Notes under the pieces: generated by a model | Seen by the model: the letters and a program-made list of their open reading frames with translations, nothing else | Databases searched by the model: none | What the model was told of the DNA's origin: nothing | Shown: positions 41,228 to 50,261 of the stretch, piece by piece | Layout of the letters: each line of letters begins with the position of its first letter | How positions within the stretch are numbered: position 1 is the first letter of the stretch | Position numbers and translations under genes: made by a program | Assembly (NCBI GenBank): GCA_964291405.2 | Contig: OZ219926.1 | Location: forward strand, 96,001 to 160,000 | Source of the DNA: Thermodesulfobacteriota bacterium | GTDB taxonomy: Bacteria; Desulfobacterota; Binatia; Bin18 | Length of the DNA: 64,000 nt | Direction of reading: 5' to 3'

Positions 41228-42640
41228 CTAGGCGGTCACTAGGTGATCAATAACCCGGTAGAGCTGATTGAGGTTGCGGCACTCTTCAACCAGATCGCAG
41301 TACGGCGCATAGCGGTCCATCTCGCTATCGCCAAATCCCCACGTCAGCCGGCTTTCGGGGTTCAGCCAAATCACTTGCTTAGCTTTTTGCTGTAGGTCTC
41401 GAATGACCCAGTCGTGGGGTAGATTATAATTATTGCGCGCATCGCCCAGCACCAGCACAGTGGTCCGCTTATTGATGATAGAGAGATGATCCCGATGAAA
41501 GGTCTTGAAAGCCCGGCCAAAGTCTGAGTGCGCATAGATATTAATAAAATTGCCTCGTAAGGCTAAATCAATAGCTTGATGGACGTCATTGTCCTCGAAC
41601 AGCTTGGTCACATCACCAATATCGGCCACAAAAATAAAGCTGCGCACCTTGGAATAAAGGTCCTGCACGGAATAGACAAACTGCAACATAAAGCGCGAGA
41701 CGTTCCGCACCGAGTCAGATACGTCACACAGAATAACAACTTGCGGTTTTTCTTTCTTTTTCACATCAAGAATGATGTTGAACGGCACGCCACCGTATTG
41801 CAGGTTTTTTCGCAGCGTACGCTGTAAATCCAACCGCCCCCGTTTGCCCCGTTTCCGCCGAATCGCAATAATATGTTTCAGCCGCTGGGCCAGCTTGGTG
41901 ACCGCTTCTTTCATTTTTCGGATTTCGTCCTCAGAGAGGTAATAGAAACTCTTATCGGCCAAACTCCGCATCTTTTGCTGATCGCGCAACTCTGAGTCTT
42001 TCTTCTCCAACTCGGCCCGGACATAGCTGCGGATCATATGCGCCAGGTCTTGGAGGCGCTGGTCAATATATTGGGACAATTGTTCGATTTGTTCCGGGCT
42101 TAAGCCAGCCTGTTGCAAGGCGTCCTTGAGAGTCTGCAATTCCTGTTGGATATTGCCAAACCCCATCATCTGAGCGAGCGCATTCGCAAACTGCCCTTCC
42201 TGAAAAGAGCGCTGAATCTCCTGAAGATTCGCCTGCTGGGCCGCTTCTTGGAGCATTTTTTCGAGCTGCCCGGTATTATTGGTCAGCAAGGCTCGCGCCA
42301 AGTCTGACAGTTCTTGGTCCATATTCTGCAAGGCGTCTTCGAGCTGTTCGAGGAATTCTTGAAACTCTTCCTCGGTCATGTCCATCGCCTGCATCGTGGA
42401 AGCGGCCGCAGCCTTGATTACTTCGCCGAGGCCGGTAAAGAACATGTCGAAGAGTTCGTCGTAGACTGGGATGTCGACCTGCCGCTTGACAAAGGTCGCG
42501 CGCAAGGTGTCTTTCAACAACTGTTTATCGTAAACTCCCACCAACCCCAGAGCGGCGAAGGTGTCCATATTCTCCGCCACCGAGACTTTCAAGCCGTTCT
42601 CTCGCAGCAGGTGGCCAAATTCAACAATTTTGTCGTCCAT
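41228..42640 (-). CDS. CoxE-like VWA domain protein
   Basis: LDLQRTLR, MIDAS-like CDVSDS, GDARNN, WLNPE, WGFGDS. Confidence 0.92.
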   Translation of the reverse strand: MDDKIVEFGHLLRENGLKVSVAENMDTFAALGLVGVYDKQLLKDTLRATFVKRQVDIPVYDELFDMFFTGLGEVIKAAAASTMQAMDMTEEEFQEFLEQLEDALQNMDQELSDLARALLTNNTGQLEKMLQEAAQQANLQEIQRSFQEGQFANALAQMMGFGNIQQELQTLKDALQQAGLSPEQIEQLSQYIDQRLQDLAHMIRSYVRAELEKKDSELRDQQKMRSLADKSFYYLSEDEIRKMKEAVTKLAQRLKHIIAIRRKRGKRGRLDLQRTLRKNLQYGGVPFNIILDVKKKEKPQVVILCDVSDSVRNVSRFMLQFVYSVQDLYSKVRSFIFVADIGDVTKLFEDNDVHQAIDLALRGNFINIYAHSDFGRAFKTFHRDHLSIINKRTTVLVLGDARNNYNLPHDWVIRDLQQKAKQVIWLNPESRLTWGFGDSEMDRYAPYCDLVEECRNLNQLYRVIDHLVTA

Positions 42641-42661
42641 ACAACCTCACCGCTGCCCAGA

Positions 42662-43633
42662 TTAGTGGAGGAGGTCTTTGTCGTCTTGTTCCTGGCTCGG
42701 AGTCTGCGCCTCGACCTTGGCCTTCTGGCGGCTGATATATTCCTTTAACTCGGCCTCGGCCTTGCGCACATCCCCTTCATATTTCAGGATCGTGTTCAGC
42801 GTCTCATTCACCTGCGCTTCTTCAAGCCGGTGCACATTGAGCAAGGTGAGCGCTTTCGCCCAATCCAGGGTCTCGCTAATACTCGGGACCTTTTTCAGGT
42901 CAAGTTTGCGGATTGACTGGACGACTTCCACCACCTGATTGGCTAACTGCGCCGCGATCCCCGGCACCTTGAGCTGAACAATTTCGAGCTCTTGCTCCTG
43001 ACTCGGAAAATCAATGAAGAGGTGCAGGCAGCGCCGTTTGAGCGCGTCTGACATCTCACGCGCGTTATTACTGGTCAAGACCACCACCGGGATCTGTTGG
43101 GCTTGAATCGTTCCCAGCTCGGGCACACTCACCTGAAAGTCACTCAGGACCTCAAGCAAAAAGGCTTCGAACTCACTGTCCGATTTATCGATCTCGTCGA
43201 TGAGTAAGACCAGCGGATGATTAGCCGATATGGCCTGCAACAAGGGCCGGGGCAGAATAAAGCGTTCCGAAAAGAAGACGCTGTCCTGCTTGCCGATCCG
43301 CTCGACCGCCTCTTTCAAGGTTGCCGCACCTTCCAGCACTTCACTGATTTTGTCCTTGAGGATCTGGGTGTAGAGCAGCTGTTTGGCATATTCCCATTCA
43401 TACAGCGCTTTCGCCTCATCAAGACCTTCGTAGCACTGCAGGCGTAACAACTCACAGTCCATCGCCCCGGCCACCACCTTGGCGAGTTCCGTTTTCCCGA
43501 CACCAGCGGGCCCTTCGACAAGGATAGGTTTGCGGAGTTGGCTGGCTAAATAGACAACGGTCGCGATTTGACGACTACAAATATATTTCTGGTCTGAGAG
43601 TCTTGAAACAACGTCATCAACAGATTCGAACAT
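42662..43633 (-). CDS. MoxR family AAA+ ATPase (CoxD-like)
   Basis: EGPAGVGKT, RLQCYEGLD, LIDEIDK, SDALKRRC. Confidence 0.95.
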   Translation of the reverse strand: MFESVDDVVSRLSDQKYICSRQIATVVYLASQLRKPILVEGPAGVGKTELAKVVAGAMDCELLRLQCYEGLDEAKALYEWEYAKQLLYTQILKDKISEVLEGAATLKEAVERIGKQDSVFFSERFILPRPLLQAISANHPLVLLIDEIDKSDSEFEAFLLEVLSDFQVSVPELGTIQAQQIPVVVLTSNNAREMSDALKRRCLHLFIDFPSQEQELEIVQLKVPGIAAQLANQVVEVVQSIRKLDLKKVPSISETLDWAKALTLLNVHRLEEAQVNETLNTILKYEGDVRKAEAELKEYISRQKAKVEAQTPSQEQDDKDLLH

Positions 43634-43750
43634 TCTTCCTCCTCAGTGGATGCATGTCGGCAGAATCTATCACAGGGGTAGCTGAAACACAACGTGAACC
43701 CCCCTTCCCTCTTGCGACGACTCGCTCCCCATCCTATACTGCCGCGCGCT

Positions 43751-44545
43751 ATGTGTACGCTCGCCTTGTACTTCCAAACCTTTCCAGACTATCCCCTCGT
43801 GGTAGCGGCAAATCGGGATGAATTTTTGAGCCGTCCCTCCACCGCACCTGTCGTACTCCAGCACACCCCCTGGATTTTTGGCGGGAAGGATCTTGTTGCC
43901 GGAGGGACCTGGCTGGGTGTCAACGAGTATGGGCTTGTGGCCGGCATGCTGAACCGGCACACGCCTCAACCGACTGACCCGCGCCGGCGTTCGCGTGGAT
44001 TGTTAAGTCTGGATGCCCTTCAGGCGACGTCCGCCCGCCAAGCTGCCACGTCCGTGCAGCGCCAACCTGTCGATCGCTATAACCCCTTCAATCTTCTCCT
44101 GGTTGATAGCCAGGCTGCCTATGTTGTCTACCCGGCTGAGCAGACCATCCGTGTTCAGCAGCTCGAGCCTGGGGTCCACCTGTTGACCAATATGAATCTC
44201 AACGATCCCGAATGTCCCAAGATCGCGCACTCGTTTCAGCATTTTCAGACCGTAGCAGAAAAAATGACTGCAGCACCTGAGTTATCTTTTCCCGTCGTGG
44301 AGCTTTTTCGCCTCCTTCATGAACGACTTGCAGACCATGCCACACTGCTTGATCCACGGGCGGTGGATCCACGTAATGGCCTGTGTATCCACCTCGACGG
44401 CTACGGCACCTGCTCTTCGACATTACTTGCGTATTCCGCTCGACAGCGCCGATTTATCTATCACTTTGCCCCTGGCGCTCCGTGTCAGACCGATTATATT
44501 GAGGTCTCGCTACCATCAGCCAGCCAACCGCCGTCAACCACGTAG
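43751..44545 (+). CDS. NRDE/TANGO2 family protein
   Basis: MCT start, ANRDE, GGTWLG, SRG, YGT. Confidence 0.92.
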   Translation: MCTLALYFQTFPDYPLVVAANRDEFLSRPSTAPVVLQHTPWIFGGKDLVAGGTWLGVNEYGLVAGMLNRHTPQPTDPRRRSRGLLSLDALQATSARQAATSVQRQPVDRYNPFNLLLVDSQAAYVVYPAEQTIRVQQLEPGVHLLTNMNLNDPECPKIAHSFQHFQTVAEKMTAAPELSFPVVELFRLLHERLADHATLLDPRAVDPRNGLCIHLDGYGTCSSTLLAYSARQRRFIYHFAPGAPCQTDYIEVSLPSASQPPSTT

Positions 44546-45240
44546 CTAGCCCCTGTCACAAAATCCCCCGATTCCACAAGAAAGCGGATCGTGCGCGCAA
44601 TGTCGTACGGGCTTCCAAAGCGTTGCAGCGGAGTACGGGTACGCAGTTCTTCTTGCTGGTCCGGGCCATAGTCTTCGGGGAGTAAGACCGGGCCGGGAGC
44701 GACCTCGTTGACCTGGACGTGTGGGGCAAATGCCTTTGCCAATGCTTGCGTCAGCGCATGTACCCCCGCCTTGGATACGCAGTAGGGAAGAAAATTTCGA
44801 CTTGGTCGCCGGCCGCTCCAATCGCCAAGAAAAACGATTTTACCCTGCCCCTGGTGGTACATTCGTCTTCCGATGAGCACCGAGAGAAAGAAAGGAGCTG
44901 ATATATTCATCTGACGGAAAGTGTGCCATTCCTGCGCGGTCAGGGTGGCGATGGGAGTCGGAAAGAACACTGCGGCATTATTGATGAGAATGTCAATTTT
45001 CCCTGTTTTTTCCAGTGCTTCGTGGGCTACACGCTGTACGTTGCGACGATTTGCCAAATCGCCCCGTATAACCCAGGCTCGGCGGCCATATTGTTGCACA
45101 GCCTGTTGCGTCTCCTCTCCTGACGACTGATATGTGTGCAGGACCACATCCGCTCCTCCTTGAGCCAAAGCAATGGCAATTTCTCGTCCTATACGGCGGC
45201 CCGCGCCTGTCACCAGTGCGAGTGCATTCCGTAACTGCAT
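44494..45240 (-). CDS. SDR, pteridine reductase/FolM-like
   Basis: TGAGRRIG, NNAAVF, YCVSK, LAKAFAPHVQVN…APG. Confidence 0.85.
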   Translation of the reverse strand: MQLRNALALVTGAGRRIGREIAIALAQGGADVVLHTYQSSGEETQQAVQQYGRRAWVIRGDLANRRNVQRVAHEALEKTGKIDILINNAAVFFPTPIATLTAQEWHTFRQMNISAPFFLSVLIGRRMYHQGQGKIVFLGDWSGRRPSRNFLPYCVSKAGVHALTQALAKAFAPHVQVNEVAPGPVLLPEDYGPDQQEELRTRTPLQRFGSPYDIARTIRFLVESGDFVTGASYVVDGGWLADGSETSI

Positions 45241-45248
45241 ACGCTTTG

Positions 45249-46754
45249 TTATCCTTTTTGTTCTGGCGCGGAGAGTGGAATGGTAAAGGTAAAGGTCGCG
45301 CCGCCATCTCTATTATTATGTGCGGAGATCGTCCCATTATGGAGTTCGACAATTTTTTGCGTGAAGGCGAGGCCTAAACCAGAACCAGTTTTCTTGGTGG
45401 AAACAAAGGGGGCAAAGACCTGTTCGGCCACTCCCTCCGGAATACCCGTGCCCGTGTCTCGGATTGTGATCTGCATCTGACCCTGTATCTGGCGCGCCCC
45501 AATCGTAATCTGTCCATCTTCAGATGAAGCTTCCAGCGCATTCGTCAGGAGATTCAAAACGGCCTGCTTGAGCTTGATATGATCAAAGGGCATGAGAGGT
45601 CCCTCACCCTTCATTGCCAGCTCATAGCGGAGCGTCACCCCTCGTGCCCGAGCGGCTTCATGAATTTCTCGCCCTGCCTCTTGCAGGAGTTTGCTCAACA
45701 ACCCAGGCTCACGATGGACGGCAAAGTCACGGGAAAAGACCAGCAGATCGGACAGCGTGGTGTTCAAGTCTGTAATGGCCACATCGAGTTGTTCAACCCG
45801 TTGGGAGGCCTCTTCCAGTGTCTCGTGGGTGGGTGGCTGCGTTTCGTCCAGCGTGTCTCGCAACAAGTCACACTGAAGACCCAAGAGGCCGATTTTTTGG
45901 AGGATTTGATGTGAAATCGTCGACGACATATGTCCAATTGCCGCCATGCGTTCGCTTCTCGCCATGTCTACATTCATCAACTGAAGCTGTATATTTTGAC
46001 GCTCGATTTCCTTTTTTCGGAGCGTGAGTGTCCGCATGAGCACATGGGCCGCCCCAACCGGAATAGCGCTCAAGTAGAGTCCTGCCCCCCCAAAGGTATT
46101 GACCCCAAGGATCATGATCGCACTATACGGCGTGACTAGCAGCAGCCCTGTAATCATCAATGTCGGGAAATTGCCTGCAAAATCGAGCCCAGACGTATAT
46201 AGTGTCCCATACCGCGCCCGGTGCTGTAATCCATAACCCAGGGTAAAAACAGCCCACCCGCCTGCTTCACTCAGTATAAATCGTGCCAGTTCTTCAAATT
46301 CTCCAATATGAATAGGAATGTGCCCACCGCTCGAACGGTAAACGATATAGCGAGCAAAGAGTGCCATTTGCAGCAGCGCGCACAATTCAAGAATCCGTCG
46401 GACCGGGTGGGCGTCCTCTCGTACGGTTTGCGGCACAGTATCTACGCCCCACCATCTCACCGCCAAGGAGAGAGGGAGACTGAGGAGTATTGATCCGAGG
46501 AGTAAGGGTAAGGCAAACAGCCCAACCGTATACAGCAGTGAACTCGTCACTGCAAAGAGTAAGAGCGACAGGAACCAGTCTTGTCCCACCTCAACCCGCA
46601 GCAACACTCCGATACACAGCAGAGGCACGAACGCCTGGTAGAGCTCAAGATAGCCAAGATTAAACGCGACAAGACCACTCGCCGCCAACAGAAGACCGAA
46701 CAGGCCGCCAGCGGTTCCAGCTTGCAGAGCGCTGAACCCTCTCTCGTCGCTCAT
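45249..46754 (-). CDS. Membrane sensor histidine kinase with atypical H-box
   Basis: Multi-TM N-terminus; ISHQILQKI; N box NLLTNA, DTGTGI, FVSTK, GSGLGL; TGATG coupling to the upstream gene. Confidence 0.9.
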   Translation of the reverse strand: MSDERGFSALQAGTAGGLFGLLLAASGLVAFNLGYLELYQAFVPLLCIGVLLRVEVGQDWFLSLLLFAVTSSLLYTVGLFALPLLLGSILLSLPLSLAVRWWGVDTVPQTVREDAHPVRRILELCALLQMALFARYIVYRSSGGHIPIHIGEFEELARFILSEAGGWAVFTLGYGLQHRARYGTLYTSGLDFAGNFPTLMITGLLLVTPYSAIMILGVNTFGGAGLYLSAIPVGAAHVLMRTLTLRKKEIERQNIQLQLMNVDMARSERMAAIGHMSSTISHQILQKIGLLGLQCDLLRDTLDETQPPTHETLEEASQRVEQLDVAITDLNTTLSDLLVFSRDFAVHREPGLLSKLLQEAGREIHEAARARGVTLRYELAMKGEGPLMPFDHIKLKQAVLNLLTNALEASSEDGQITIGARQIQGQMQITIRDTGTGIPEGVAEQVFAPFVSTKKTGSGLGLAFTQKIVELHNGTISAHNNRDGGATFTFTIPLSAPEQKG

Positions 46755-48208
46755 CACTCCCGGCCCGTCAGAAACCAATCAAGCCACGGGACACGCCGGA
46801 ATAAGAGAAAACCATATTCGAGGTTTGTGGAGTTAAAATCGTGCTCATTCAGAGAGACGTTGAAGCGGAGGTCCTGAAATCCGTAGCGGGTATCCAGCTG
46901 ATTGTTCCAATCATAGGCTTCTTGTTTGACCGGCACTCGATAGACGATGTCCCAGTGCAGCACGATACGGTAATAGGGATGGGTCCGCCATTGACTATTC
47001 GGGAAGACGAACTCCAAAACGTAGCAGGGGCGACCGTCATGATCCTGAATACCACGAAATTGCACTTCCAACTCGCTCTGCAGCCAGCCTTGTAAGAGTT
47101 GCGTCTGCAGTTGTTCAACTACCTGACCAAATCCAAATTCTTTGAGAGAATAGTGCAATTCTCGTTGCACCCAGGGACCGCTCGGTACCAAGTCACCGAT
47201 GACCGGGATACCAAACAGCGAAGTCCGGACCCGGACCCGCCCTCTATTCCAGCCCGTCCGGAACAGCGCCTCCTTGAGTCCGCCGCTCTCTTGTTCCCAG
47301 GCCATATAGACATCGAACGGTTTCCGAAACTTGAACCTCGCCGTCCGACGGATCAATTGGCCTTCACGACGCGCTTCAGTCACCCATACCCCAGTATAGT
47401 CTTGGATTTCACCAGCACGGCGCAACCAATTCTGGGTAAATCCGCGGACATCCAGATCGGCCCCCGGTCGAAACAGACTCGGATCCCCAGACGCCGGAGA
47501 TTCACGCTCAAAGACCTGTTGTGAAATCCCAATATTGACCTGTAGGTCTGTATACGACAAGCGTTGTCGTACTTCTCCGGATGCCCCTCGAAGGATGAGT
47601 TCCAGTGGCAAACCTGTTCCCCGCTCGATCACGAACTCATACGTCACAACCGTATTATCACGAAATGGAATGAGAAAAGCCGGCACTGACAGAATCACTC
47701 GCCCTTCGGCCAATTGTGGGTCTCCCGGCTGAAGGGCGACAAGCTGGAGGCTACGGTCGGCGCTAGGCCGCTGAGAAAGGGCTCTCAGTGCGTATAACCA
47801 CGCATTCACATCTTTGAGGGCTGGAGCGAAAGGGTCGCTAATTTCTGTGGAGGGAATACTGACCCGGACGTAATCAAACCAGCCACCGAGTCTGATAAAA
47901 ATTGTTCCCAGAGCCCGGGTTGGCCTCGTGAGCAAGGTGGTGCCTCGGTATAAACCCGATTGCCATTGCATGAGCAGAGAAGATGGCTTACGAAAGGTTA
48001 CTGCAATTTCGTGTTGCCTGTGGACACCACCCTTTTCCCATATCTCATGCCGTAATGTACCACGATAGTCGACGAGGCGATGATACGCGGCTTGGCACTC
48101 GGCCAAGAGTTCCTGCACTCTCGTCTCCGCCGTTTCGGCACCTGTGCCTCTTGGTATAAATAACACCAGGGAGAATGCGTACAGCATCATCGGGACCAGC
48201 CGCGTCAT
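46754..48208 (-). CDS. Secreted protein with two DUF1571/LolA-like repeats
   Basis: Signal peptide; internal repeat DY.G…FRKP…Y.DL..N..L; family assignment from memory. Confidence 0.7.
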   Translation of the reverse strand: MTRLVPMMLYAFSLVLFIPRGTGAETAETRVQELLAECQAAYHRLVDYRGTLRHEIWEKGGVHRQHEIAVTFRKPSSLLMQWQSGLYRGTTLLTRPTRALGTIFIRLGGWFDYVRVSIPSTEISDPFAPALKDVNAWLYALRALSQRPSADRSLQLVALQPGDPQLAEGRVILSVPAFLIPFRDNTVVTYEFVIERGTGLPLELILRGASGEVRQRLSYTDLQVNIGISQQVFERESPASGDPSLFRPGADLDVRGFTQNWLRRAGEIQDYTGVWVTEARREGQLIRRTARFKFRKPFDVYMAWEQESGGLKEALFRTGWNRGRVRVRTSLFGIPVIGDLVPSGPWVQRELHYSLKEFGFGQVVEQLQTQLLQGWLQSELEVQFRGIQDHDGRPCYVLEFVFPNSQWRTHPYYRIVLHWDIVYRVPVKQEAYDWNNQLDTRYGFQDLRFNVSLNEHDFNSTNLEYGFLLFRRVPWLDWFLTGRE

Positions 48209-48936
48209 TCATCCCCCAAACCGGCTTTCAGCGCCAATACCGCCGCTTTCGTCCGATCATTCACCTGTAACTTTCGAAAAATACTCGCAAGGTGCATCTT
48301 GACTGTGAGTTCACTAATAAAGAGCTGCTGACTGATTTCTTTATTCGAGGCGCCGGTTGCCACCGAACGTAACACTTCTTCCTCTCGATTCGTAAGTGTT
48401 TGGACCAAGCGTCTCAGTTCTTCGACCTCTTGATCACGCTGAAACTCATGTAGGAATTTACTGGCTAAGTCAGGATTCAAAAACACTTCTCCGTCAGCGA
48501 CCTTTCGGAGTGTTTCAAGAATCTCTTTAGAGCGGGTATTTTTGAGCAGGTATCCGACGGCTCCAACTTTCAAGGCACGAAAGATAAGAGGCGGGTTGTC
48601 ATAGCCGGTAAGCATGACAACCCTGGTTTCCGGCGACTGCTTACGAACAAAAGCAGTCGCACTAATCCCATCTCCCTCGGGCAACTCGAAATCCATCAGA
48701 ATGACCTGAGGTTTTTTCTTTTCGAGTAGCTTCTCAAGATCAGCCACACTCTCGGCTACGCCAAGGAGTTCAAAGTCAGGCTGTTTTCTAAATAACTCTT
48801 GGAGGCCGGACAGAAAAATCGGGTGATCATCCACAAGAATAATGGAGATTTTTCCACCGGAGCGCTCGGCCGGCTTAGGCTGCCGCTTCTTTTTCACATT
48901 CTTGCTGAGACTTTTGTTCGCCATATTCCCTGACAT
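48205..48936 (-). CDS. NarL/FixJ family response regulator
   Basis: VDDHP, LMD, LT, GYLLK receiver; LTNREEEVL…GASNKEIS…TVKMH LuxR HTH; start may be 48924. Confidence 0.95.
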   Translation of the reverse strand: MSGNMANKSLSKNVKKKRQPKPAERSGGKISIILVDDHPIFLSGLQELFRKQPDFELLGVAESVADLEKLLEKKKPQVILMDFELPEGDGISATAFVRKQSPETRVVMLTGYDNPPLIFRALKVGAVGYLLKNTRSKEILETLRKVADGEVFLNPDLASKFLHEFQRDQEVEELRRLVQTLTNREEEVLRSVATGASNKEISQQLFISELTVKMHLASIFRKLQVNDRTKAAVLALKAGLGDE

Positions 48937-49010
48937 GAAGCATAGAAATTCTCGCTCAGGGGGTCAAGAAATAATATCCTATTATTTATATAACCCGGCC
49001 GCTCTCAGAC

Positions 49011-49383
49011 CTATGCACAATTTGACTAGCAATAAATAGATATTTTATAAGATTTATAATACTAAAAATAGTAATATCTTTATTATAATAATTTTTAGCT
49101 ATTATAGACAAATATATTAAGTCTAAATATTTTATTAGAGGAAATATTTACTTATATTTTATCTATTATTTTCCTCGCCTTCATAAATCCTCCGAGCCAT
49201 CTTCTATAATACCGCTGTGATTATTTGTGTATAGAATCCTGCCAGTCGGCGACAATCATAACTCGTGTATTGGATGTTGAATTATCAAGTCCTGTTTAGT
49301 AATATTTACTTACTATTTATAGTCAAATATTACTTGGCAGATAATATATTACTGTATCCACATTCACTATTTCCTGTGGATAA
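49011..49383. promoter_or_regulatory. AT-rich region flanked by DnaA-box-like 9-mers
   Basis: Perfect TGTGGATAA at 49375; one-mismatch CTATGCACA 49011, TGTGTATAG 49226, GTATCCACA 49354. Confidence 0.4.
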
Positions 49384-49404
49384 CTGCCTTGTAGGGGGTA
49401 AAAC

Positions 49405-50157
49405 ATGGAGAGTCTGCCGCTTGCAGCAAAAACCACTCGAGCGAAAAGCCCGAATGCACCTTCCTACAGCCTCCAGGAGTGCCTTGAGGATACGCGGAAG
49501 GTCTTTCGTATCGAAAATCAGGTCGCAACGAGCCGGGAATCCATCGCTGAACACATTGCGCTGGCTCCGCAATCTGGACCTTTTAATAGAAAACTCAGCA
49601 GCTTACGCCAGTATGGCCTCCTCGAAGCTATCGGGAAAGATCTCCGGGTAAGTGATCTTTTCATCAGAATAGAACATGCCACGGGTGAGACGGAACGTTG
49701 TCGAGCCTTACGTGAAGCTCTCGGCCGACCAACCGTCTTTCAACGACTGCTGTCCCAGTATGAACAGACTGGACTACCTTCAGATATCAATCTTACAAAT
49801 CAGCTTATAATAAAACAGAGGTTCACTAAGAAAAACGCAGAGGTCGTTTCTCGTGCATTCCTGGACTCATCGCGTTTCGCCGGTTTGGGTCTTCTTCGTC
49901 CTCAAGCGGCTCCCTCGCCTCTCCCCTCCCAAACCACCCGGACATCCCCAGAAGAGGCATTGACTCTCGCCCCCCCCCTCCCCTCTCAACCATCACCTCC
50001 TCCCTTTCAGGTCATGACTGACGTTTCCTTGTGTAGACAGGAGATTCCACTTGGCACGGGCCGTCGGGCCGTCGTCGAATTGCCCGAGGATATTAAACCT
50101 GAGGAAATCCAACGTCTGATGCGAATTTTGCAAGCCTTGGCCGACCCTATCGCCTAA
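49405..50157 (+). CDS. Hypothetical protein (probable N-terminal winged helix, Pro-rich linker, small C-terminal domain)
   Basis: 250-aa ORF; SPNAPSYSL…LSSLRQYGLLE pattern; family not confidently recognised. Confidence 0.7.
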   Translation: MESLPLAAKTTRAKSPNAPSYSLQECLEDTRKVFRIENQVATSRESIAEHIALAPQSGPFNRKLSSLRQYGLLEAIGKDLRVSDLFIRIEHATGETERCRALREALGRPTVFQRLLSQYEQTGLPSDINLTNQLIIKQRFTKKNAEVVSRAFLDSSRFAGLGLLRPQAAPSPLPSQTTRTSPEEALTLAPPLPSQPSPPPFQVMTDVSLCRQEIPLGTGRRAVVELPEDIKPEEIQRLMRILQALADPIA

Positions 50158-50261
50158 CAAGACGACCAACTCCGCTGGACCAGCCCGTCTTTACTTCACC
50201 GCTGCTCCACTCTAGCTTCTGGTATTGTATTTCAGTCTCCCGAATTATACGGAGCATAACT

